Source: Stramenopiles sp. TOSAG23-6 (Eukaryota). From it: a DNA stretch of 32,398 nucleotides. Each line of letters begins with the position of its first letter. Position 1 is the stretch's first letter. A program made the position numbers and the translations under genes. This document shows positions 21,590-30,193 of the stretch, one piece after another. The notes under the pieces are model-generated. The model saw only the letters and a list, made by a program, of their open reading frames with translations, searched no databases and was not told the origin of the DNA. Where the stretch lies: NCBI GenBank assembly GCA_900128565.1, contig LT635958.1:1-32398 (forward strand), read 5' to 3'.

Positions 21590-24500
21590 TCAACAAGGAG
21601 AACATTTCCTTAATTTTAAATCTACAATACAAACTCTCCTAAATCCAGCATGACAAAGAATTTGAAGCAGTAACATCGCATCCTCTACGCATGTTGAAAC
21701 GACACATATCAATGAACTTTGTAATTCTAAAATACTCATATGGTTAGATTTAGAATTTGAAGACGTTTTACTTTGCATTGTTTTAGGGTTAGGGTTAGTC
21801 GTAATACAGTATTCAGAATTTACAAATTGACTAATTACTCCAAGGCAAGCATTAGAACATCTTTGTTGGTCATCTACATTTAAATTTCTAGCATTTGCTG
21901 ATAACCAAGGTAAACATTCCTTTTCTACTTCTTGTATTGATGAATGAGTGATGAAAAATATTTTAAATTTTAAATCGATTAGGTATGGAATTACTTTCTT
22001 TGTAAAATATTTAAGTAAAAAATTAATTTTGAAACGTACATACAAACTACGAATACATATATGAATAGTTCGAGTTGAAACTGGTGTAATATAACTACAA
22101 AATTCAGTGTGCATGGATTATGAAAAATATTTCAAAAATTAAAATCGTTAGGTACGAAATTTCGTACGAAACAAAAATAAATTCGAAATTGAAATTGAAA
22201 TTGAAATTGAAATTGAAAACGTACATTCTATGTAACGAATTGAAATCTGTAATAAATTCATTACTTGAGTTTTTTTTCATAAATGATTTCCTACAAAATT
22301 TAGTACAAAATTCATCATACTCTTTGAAATTATTAGTCTCATCATTTTGTATATCATTTTGTATATCATTTTGTATATTTTGAGGAATTTTGAAGAATTC
22401 GCTACAATTTATCAAAATACATGATTCTTTCCATAATAAGTCTTCATGTAAAACATTCATAGGAATAAATGGAACATGTACAGTGAAAAAATATTTTAAA
22501 AAATAATTTTTGTTAGGTACAAAATTTCGTACGAAAATAAAAACAAAATTTGAAAAAAAATGAAAACGTACATTCAATGAAGGGAAGCAAATTTCATTTA
22601 CCCATGACTTCCAAATACGAAAATTTTGTATATCGAAAATAGTTTCATTGAAAATTTCATTACTTTTACTGTGTCGTTCTTGTAAATATGATACAATTTT
22701 GGTAACACGCATTGAAAATAAAGCACGTGGAGTATTAGATAACATTCTTAATGATAGTGTTAAACTTCTTTGCACATTTAGACGAGTTACAAAATCATTG
22801 AATAGATCATCACTTTGATGTGAAATTGATACAGAATGTGTTTGAAAACTTGACATTTCTATATTTGTATGATCCTTTTTTTTTGAAACATATTGATCAT
22901 CTACAATCTCAATATTTTCTACTTCATCTATATCATCGTTAAATCTTACAGTATTTATGACTTTATCAGGCAAATCATTACAACTATTACTAGTAGTAAG
23001 ATTGTCTGTACAGTTTTCATAGTCAACACATCCTTGATTAAGTTTTGAAATAAAAGTCATAACACCACTGAAATCAAGTTTCATGATTTGTTCTTTCTTT
23101 TCAATAAGAAGGGAGACACCAAGAAAAAGTACATGTATTGTGAAAAAAACACGAAATTATGAAAAAAAATTGTTAGGTACGAAATTTGGTACAAAACATA
23201 CGTAAATTAATAAATTCATGATGAAAAAAGTACATGATCAGGTTCGGTGGCAAGTAACATATCCCAAACTAAAACTAATTCTCGAACCCAAAACACATCT
23301 GAGACTGTCTTGTAGAAAAATATATATATTTTTTACATATTAGGTACGCGACGAAATTTGATATTAGGGTTAGGGTTTTAAAAAAAAATTAACCACTACT
23401 CATTTGAACAACAATACATTTGAAATTGATGATTTCAAAAACGTACATAAAGTCACAACCCAAGAAATTGCATATAATTCTGGTACAATTTCTAATTTCT
23501 GAAGGTAATTTGATAATTCTGGATCCCAGAAATGTAATATAGTAGCAAATAAGTCTAATCGTTTTATAAGAAAATTTGCTCCGTGTTCTCCTGGAAGACA
23601 ATAATCTGGTATATATTGTTCTAATAGTGATGAGAGGCATATAGAAGCAAAATGAATCCTTATGTTTTTGTGATGTATATTTTGTTTCAAATCATCGAAA
23701 GCAAAGTTTTCTTTTTTCTTCATCAAAACTTTTTCAGGATTACTTTTTAATTCTTCATTGCCTTCTACAGTATAATCATCGCTCATAAATACATGTAAAA
23801 ATAATGCTGCAATCGAATCAAATCCTTGATGATATTCTAAATTTGGATATCTTTTTGACCATTTTAATAATACATTGTGTATAGCATCAACAGATTCATT
23901 TGAAGTTAAACCATAAATTAATCCAGATTGTGCAAATCTATTTCTTTCAGAATCTACTTGAAGTAGTCCTAGGTCTGAACAATGAGAAACTTCATTTTTT
24001 TCAGTTATTAATTCATCATTGATTTGGTTGTTTCTATTTGTAGCATCACTAATATTATCATTCAAACGAAGCAGTGCAACCCAGATTTTGTAGCGATATT
24101 GTTGAGAAACTCGAAATACTTCCAAACGTCCAAACTCTTGTCGTTTCTCTACTCTAGGCTGAACTCTCAATAATTTAAGAAATTCGTCAATATACTTGAG
24201 GTCAATTTCCGAATACGCAACACCTGTGACGGCGTCATGTTTCTTTGACAAAACTATTCCTTTCGATACACAAAATCTCATGAGAACTTCATCAACGAGT
24301 ACATCAATATAATCACGATGATTCAATTTATTCTGGCGAGAATTGAGAATTTCTAAAGGATAAGGGGAACCTTGTATTCCACCGGATTCAACAGAACCAA
24401 CTTTTGAACCCATTGTGATACGACGAAATGCAACTTGTGAACTTGACTGGGAAGCAACAGCATCTCTAGACGGTGTTGAGGATTGAATTACAACTCGTGA

Positions 24501-24653
24501 TAGTAGTGGTTGGCGCACACGGGTCAACTCAAGTAGGTTCTGTTGACGAAACCTTTGAAGACGTTTAAGTTTTGCAATATAAAACAAGGCACCAACGAGT
24601 ACAATCACAATTGACGCAATAAGCACCAAGTGGATGTTCCAGATCTCAGGCAT
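21590..24653 (-). CDS. N-terminal TM + TBC (Rab-GAP) + rhodanese-like protein, TBCK-like without kinase; 6 exons: 24653-23447, 23304-23234, 23132-22572, 22475-22225, 22112-22040, 21943-21590
   Basis: VDSER (R finger), YHQGFDSIA (Q finger), DPELSNYL...PELYAISWVVTLFSDVF...VWDMLL...LFLGVSLL after splicing; C-terminal AGFRRVCIVD is rhodanese-like. Confidence 0.8.
21944..22039 (-). other. Family intron #4 (96 nt, GT...CAT)
   Basis: AT|GTACGTTTC...ATACCTAATCG...ATATTTTTCATCACTCAT|; 35 nt from branch A. The first three downstream AGs are out of frame. Confidence 0.65.
22113..22224 (-). other. Family intron #5 (112 nt, GT...CAT), with (TTTCAA)n microsatellite
   Basis: AT|GTACGT...TTTCGTACGAAATTTCGTACCTAAC...ATATTTTTCATAATCCAT|G; 35 nt from branch A. 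An in-frame TAG at 22095 is an alternative acceptor. Confidence 0.65.
22476..22571 (-). other. Family intron #6 (96 nt, GT...CAT)
   Basis: AT|GTACGT...TTTCGTACGAAATTTTGTACCTAAC...TTTTTTCACTGTACAT|GTT; the next two AGs are out of frame. Confidence 0.75.
23133..23233 (-). other. Family intron #7 (101 nt, GT...CAT)
   Basis: CAT|GTACTTTTTT...TTTCGTACCTAAC...TTTTCACAATACAT|GTACTTTTTC; removal restores the TBC C-terminal helix. Confidence 0.82.
23305..23446 (-). other. Family intron #8 (142 nt, GT...CAG), with telomere-like insert
   Basis: AT|GTACGT...CGTACCTAAT...ATATTTTTCTACAAGACAG|; restores WVVTLFSDVF; 35 nt from branch A. Confidence 0.85.
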
Positions 24654-25093
24654 CTTGTATACAGACAATACTAAACTAAAACGAGCACGTGATGGTTAAT
24701 GAGTCCTTATTAAAAATTGATGAAAATTTAACTTTACTACAAAGGTGACATTCCTTGGATAATCTTGAGATTTTTGACTTACAATCTTGACTTGACTAGA
24801 GGACCTAGTAGTAGCAAATAATATGATAATAATTAAATGATACGGTACCGGTACTACCTACGACGCAGTGTGATGAGTTGGCCACACTTTTATCCACGTT
24901 TATATAGCTACTATAATACTAGTAGTCACAAGTTTTTAAAGACTTTTGCCGATTTCAGATTGCATCATGTGGATTGAATATTAAATATTATTTTATAATC
25001 CAATGTAATCTAAATCATATAAAATTTCAAAAATTAAAATTCTTCTTCTTTATTTTTTGATTGTTTACATATATATGTCAAATGAAGAATAAA

Positions 25094-26035
25094 TTATATC
25101 ATTTCTCTCCAACAAGGAACATCAATGTCTAAACGACTAGGGACAAGATTTGGCCAAGAACTCTTTATCTTTTCTATCACTAGTTGTGCTAATAAATTAT
25201 TCCCTTTGGAACTTAAATGTAAGCCATCAGATAAAAGTTGTTCATATTGTGTAGTTTCACTTGTACAATGTACAGAAGTTTTAGGATGAAATTTATTCTC
25301 ATCTTTACATATTATATTTTTACCGTCTTGACATTTTGTCTTTCCCCAATTCAAAAATTCCTCATGAACGTCGAGAAACTCGACTTTTTTATCTTTTGAC
25401 GAGACAAATTCTTCTGTCAAAGATCGTACTTCTGAAGCATATGCAGATGTTGATGTATATAATCGAGTCAATTTTGATGCCTTTTTCTTTAAGTCATTAT
25501 TACAATGGTTTCCCCACATTCTTTCTGATACAGGAGGAGGTGACATAACAATAATATGAGCTTCAGTACCACCAAGAACTATTAACTTCTCAATGATATT
25601 CTGAAGATTCGCAGAGTATTCTTCAATAGGTACATGTTGGTTATACTCCTCAGTCTTTACAGCCGAATCGTTTGAACCTAAAAGTAATGTATAAATAATA
25701 GGACCTTTCTTTTTAAAATGTAATTCGTTCGAGTTACCTTCATGCACTAAACGTTTCACCATACGTGAGGTGAAGCCAGAGTATCCTCGATTTACAACAT
25801 CGGCTCTTCGTGCATAGAAATCAGATACAATGCTAACCCAACCAGCAGACGGAAGATCTTTCAAAGTCTCTTTTTCTGCTAGTATTCCATCACTGGAATC
25901 TATAGGTATCCGAGGTGTAGGCGTTGACATATTATTAGACACCCAACCTCTTTGAGTTATACTGTCACCTAAGCAAACAATTGAAAGGCTGCGATATAAT
26001 AGAAGCGGTGAAGATGAACTTAGCTTTTGAGCCAT
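25094..26035 (-). CDS. SGNH hydrolase, isoamyl-acetate-hydrolysing esterase (IAH1)-like
   Basis: LGDSITQ, RRADVVNRGYSG, LGSND, HVPIEEY, DGLHLS..GN. Confidence 0.9.
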   Translation of the reverse strand: MAQKLSSSSPLLLYRSLSIVCLGDSITQRGWVSNNMSTPTPRIPIDSSDGILAEKETLKDLPSAGWVSIVSDFYARRADVVNRGYSGFTSRMVKRLVHEGNSNELHFKKKGPIIYTLLLGSNDSAVKTEEYNQHVPIEEYSANLQNIIEKLIVLGGTEAHIIVMSPPPVSERMWGNHCNNDLKKKASKLTRLYTSTSAYASEVRSLTEEFVSSKDKKVEFLDVHEEFLNWGKTKCQDGKNIICKDENKFHPKTSVHCTSETTQYEQLLSDGLHLSSKGNNLLAQLVIEKIKSSWPNLVPSRLDIDVPCWREMI

Positions 26036-26329
26036 TTTTCTTTAAAATAACGATGGAATTCTGATATTTATAGACATGAAATAAATTAAAATTAATGTTG
26101 TTGTTGTTGTCAAGCAAGGTTGTCGAAGACTCAATAATTGCAAAGGTCGGTCGCGATCATTTTTAAAATTTGCTACTTTTTTGATTTGAAATTGAGGCCA
26201 ACGCCAACTGCGCTAAAGGTCATTCATAAATTATAATGATTCATTCATTCAAGAAAAATGACACCTCGGCCTGTGTGGTCCTAACTAGCTAGATAACATT
26301 CAAGTCTTCTTAACTGAAGCACATTCTAA

Positions 26330-27310
26330 ATGTGGGTTGTTACTCCCGATGTACTTGTGTTTGCTCCAAATGAACAGCAGGATATTACGTTGTACAACCC
26401 TGGTTCGTTTGATATTTCATATGTCATCAAGACTACTTCACCATTACACTGGAATGTAAAATATTCCAAAGGAGTTGTTCGCCCTAAAACTAAACTTGTG
26501 GTTCAAATACTGAATATTTCATCAGGTTGTGAAGGGAAAGGATTGGGTAAATTCCGCGTTGAAGGTCGTAATCCAAGGCATAATTTTTATGACGTTCGTA
26601 TTATTTCCGCAACGTTTGAACAAAATAACTCTGGTTCGATTTCTGAGTTTAACGTGAATAGAGATTTTGAGTATAATAGAGTTATTGGTGGTTCAGCTCT
26701 ACGACAGCGGGGTCTTTCCCAAAACAAATTTTCTTCGTCTCAACTTATGCATAAGCGCAAGGAAAGTACTAATGTAAATCGAATAGATAATAGTCGAAGT
26801 TACTTTGGTTTGACGTGTTATTGGATCTTCCCAATATTCGCTGGTCTTTCATCTGTCATATTTTTTTGCAATCAATATAGTACCCCCACAACCAACTTTG
26901 CAAACCCAAAATTAGTTAAAAATGCCATCGTTATTCTCATAAAATCTGTTATTCCATTATTCGAATTTAGTGGTACGTTTAAAAATATGGTTGATAATAG
27001 TGAAATAAATGTGAAAAAGAATACGATTGAGAAAAATCTGAGAAATGAAAATACAACTTTTATATTGCAAGTGATCATTATTTCATTTCTAATGGGTTGG
27101 TTTATTGCATTTCTTCAAACAGTATTGTTACCTTCTCTGTATGTTAAGGTAGATGATAATCCTTATAGCACGAAATTATCGAAATTATCAAAAAAAAATG
27201 AAGAAACTTTAAATAAAAGCAAACAAAGTGATATCAATAGTAACTGTACCAGCGCCACCAGCGATGAAGATTTTTGGATACACCCGGATGACGATGATGA
27301 GAGTAGTTGA
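26330..27310 (+). CDS. MSP (motile sperm/VAP) domain protein with two hydrophobic segments, MOSPD1/3-like
   Basis: VTPDVLVF...ITLYNP...YVIKTTSP...GVVRP; hydrophobic stretches WIFPIFAGLSSVIFFC and FILQVIIISFLMGWFIAFL. Confidence 0.75.
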   Translation: MWVVTPDVLVFAPNEQQDITLYNPGSFDISYVIKTTSPLHWNVKYSKGVVRPKTKLVVQILNISSGCEGKGLGKFRVEGRNPRHNFYDVRIISATFEQNNSGSISEFNVNRDFEYNRVIGGSALRQRGLSQNKFSSSQLMHKRKESTNVNRIDNSRSYFGLTCYWIFPIFAGLSSVIFFCNQYSTPTTNFANPKLVKNAIVILIKSVIPLFEFSGTFKNMVDNSEINVKKNTIEKNLRNENTTFILQVIIISFLMGWFIAFLQTVLLPSLYVKVDDNPYSTKLSKLSKKNEETLNKSKQSDINSNCTSATSDEDFWIHPDDDDESS

Positions 27311-27624
27311 ATCAAATTGTATTTCAATTTTTTGTAAGTCATAATACATATCATACTACTGAGGAAAAAGTATATTATCTGAAATAAAATAATTTTGGAA
27401 CAAACCTGCTCTGCATAAAGAAGTGAAAGGAATAAAAAAATTTGAATTCATTTTTTGAAATCGTATTTTTTGTAGCGCTTGTTGTTTGTGTTACAAGAAA
27501 CTGATAAAGAATTTCGTTGCTCTTCTTTTTCAAATATTAAACTACTGTGAATTGACATAACTGTTACCCACATACTACATTGTTAACTCAAACAAACTCA
27601 AATACACAATAGCATCAAAACAAC

Positions 27625-29802
27625 ATGTTTCATTTAACGACTTTGATCATGACTACTTCCCTGTTTACGTTCGCTTACTCCACGAAAACTTCTGAACAGC
27701 GAAGACTCCGGGTTTCAGACATTGCTTATCCAAACAGTGAATTTATCAACGAGGATACGAATCAACTTGGAGTAATGTCGCGCCAGCAGCAGCCCACACA
27801 CATATCAACAAAACGTCTCACTTTTAGTCCTTTTAGTACGTCTCCTAGATTTCGTACAACAATGACAGCAGCAACTCGTGAAAGAAATACTTTCCCTCCC
27901 GAATTGTTTCAAGCATTAAACGAACTCTCTAACGCAAAGAAGAACCAGAAGCTGCTCTCTTCAAACACACAAGTGGGAGATCCTTTAAATCCAACCGATG
28001 GTGCAGCCGCAATGGATAAGAAAGATCCTGTGACATTGATACCTAGCATTGACGTCGAAACACCCAAGAATATCGAAGACAAGACAGACAAGGCTATCAT
28101 TGATGAAAAGAAATTGAATGAAACTCAGAGGAACGGGCTTGCAGAACAATTGCAAATCAATGTGACCCGTGCTGCAGCAATTAAAAAGGCCGCAGATGAA
28201 ATTCAAACATCCAACGAAAACACATTTGCTAAATTTACAGCACTGACACCAGTAGCAACGCCACCTGCAACAACAGTACCAGTGGAAACAAAACTAGTAG
28301 CAACGCCATCAGTACCGACAACACCGACAACACCAGTACCTTCAACACCAGTAATAGTGCCGCCAGTACCTTCAACACCAGTAACAGTGCCACCTGTAAC
28401 AACACCTGTACAAACAACACCTGTACAAACAACACCTGTACCAACAACAACAACGCCTGTAACAACACCTGTACAAACAACACCTGTAACACTTCCACCT
28501 GTACCAACAACACCTGAAGAAACGCCACCAGTAACAATAAAACCAATAACAACACCACCTGAAACTACACCAGTAGCAAAATCATCAGTGACTGTAATTG
28601 GAGATAATATTGACCCTGATCAAGTACTTCAAAATTTGCGTGTAAAAATTGATGGCTGTAACAAACGATTACAAGAAACTGAATCAAGACTTCCGTCAAA
28701 AGAAAATGCAGAAAATGCCGATAAATTTCAGCATTGGAAAGAAGATACACTGGGAAATGCTTTTGACTGTGCTGAGAAAAAGTTAAGGACTCAAATAAAA
28801 AAAGATGTAGCTCTTTGCCATAAGTCTGCCGAACAGGAACGAATAGCATCTGAAAATGATAAAGCTCGTTTAGAAGATCTTGAAAAGGCAATTAATACAC
28901 ATTCTGAAAATATTGATACTGCATTAAGTCAATTAAGTGAAGTTGAGGATAAATTTTCTTCAATAATCAATGAGGGAAAAGAAGCAAAATTAAGACTCTC
29001 AAAGTGTCGTGCTGATTTGATCACTTTATTTGAGTGGAAAGCTAAGTCTCTGGGAGAAACATTGAGTGGTGTCAAAGAAGATGGGGTAAAAGAATCAGTA
29101 GAATCAGAAACCTCTGCATTGACTGAAAATGTAGTCAAAGAAGATGGGGTAAAAGAATCAGTAGAATCAGAAACCTCTACATTGACTGAAAATGTAGTCA
29201 AAGAAGATGGGATAAAAACATCAGTAGAATCAGAAACCTCTGCATTGACTGAAAATGTACTCAAAGAAGATGGGATAAAAACATCGGTAGAAGAAAAAAC
29301 TCCAATTGAAAATACTACAAAAAAAACTCCAGACATAAAAGACAAAAATGTAAATGACAGCGATAAAAACAGAAGAGATAAGGAAATATATGAGGGAGAA
29401 AAACAAAAAGTCAAAGAGAGAATCGAAGAAAATGATCCTAAAACAAAGACTGGTGTGAAATTTGATAAAATTACGCGAGAAGTTGAAGAACTATTACCAC
29501 AACCTGGAAATCCTGAAGTAGATCAAAATACAAAAATACTGCTCGAAAATGTGTTGAAAAGTATTGAAGATCTTGCAACTCATTATAATGAACAAATTTT
29601 GGATGATGATCCTGAAACAGTTCTATCAAAATTAAGATCAAAAACTGACAAAATGATTGCCGAATTTGATCAAACGTATAAAAATCAAACTCATATTATG
29701 ACTCCAAAAGAACATGATTTAGTGATTGAAGAATTGAAGCAAAAAGCAGACCAAATAAACCAAAGTGTTGCAGATCGTATAGCTGATGGTGATTTTGATT
29801 AA
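27625..29802 (+). CDS. Putative secreted protein with Pro/Thr/Val mucin-like tract, coiled coil and acidic repeats
   Basis: 725-aa ORF with hydrophobic N-terminus, TTPV repeats at about 28246-28575, and 21-aa repeats. Confidence 0.8.
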   Translation: MFHLTTLIMTTSLFTFAYSTKTSEQRRLRVSDIAYPNSEFINEDTNQLGVMSRQQQPTHISTKRLTFSPFSTSPRFRTTMTAATRERNTFPPELFQALNELSNAKKNQKLLSSNTQVGDPLNPTDGAAAMDKKDPVTLIPSIDVETPKNIEDKTDKAIIDEKKLNETQRNGLAEQLQINVTRAAAIKKAADEIQTSNENTFAKFTALTPVATPPATTVPVETKLVATPSVPTTPTTPVPSTPVIVPPVPSTPVTVPPVTTPVQTTPVQTTPVPTTTTPVTTPVQTTPVTLPPVPTTPEETPPVTIKPITTPPETTPVAKSSVTVIGDNIDPDQVLQNLRVKIDGCNKRLQETESRLPSKENAENADKFQHWKEDTLGNAFDCAEKKLRTQIKKDVALCHKSAEQERIASENDKARLEDLEKAINTHSENIDTALSQLSEVEDKFSSIINEGKEAKLRLSKCRADLITLFEWKAKSLGETLSGVKEDGVKESVESETSALTENVVKEDGVKESVESETSTLTENVVKEDGIKTSVESETSALTENVLKEDGIKTSVEEKTPIENTTKKTPDIKDKNVNDSDKNRRDKEIYEGEKQKVKERIEENDPKTKTGVKFDKITREVEELLPQPGNPEVDQNTKILLENVLKSIEDLATHYNEQILDDDPETVLSKLRSKTDKMIAEFDQTYKNQTHIMTPKEHDLVIEELKQKADQINQSVADRIADGDFD
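29071..29293 (+). repeat. About 3.5 x 63-nt coding repeat (VKEDGVKESVESETSALTENV)
   Basis: Units start at 29071, 29134, 29197 and 29260. Confidence 0.92.
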
Positions 29803-30193
29803 ATTGTGATATTTATATTACAATCTTGTAGATAACAATGAAACTCTATTTTGGAAGTAGTGATTTAAGTGATTTAATTCCTAATTATAAAATCATTCTG
29901 AATTTTGGAACAATCCTGTTTTGATGATGAAGAAAACTTTTTTTTTTCAAATTTTCAAATTTCAAATTCCTCTTTGGTCATCTGTGTGTGTGTGTGCTCC
30001 TTCTTCCCTTGTCTGCTGCAGCAACACTCGTTAACATATACTTGGCGTGTTGTCTTCTAGTATCTACTGCAATATCATTGATTGTGAAACATAGTAATTT
30101 TCTTTATCCTTCAGAAAGTTATTGTTAAAGAAATATATATCACTAGCGCTATAAGAAGTAGCGCGAAAAACGCAGTGAACTGTTAACACTACA

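Noticed and set aside
21934-22041. AT...AC junction at CAATAC implying TAA read-through or a variant genetic code
   Set aside because: It creates an in-frame TAA. The CAT junction at +35 fits, and TAA, TAG and TGA all end genes normally here.
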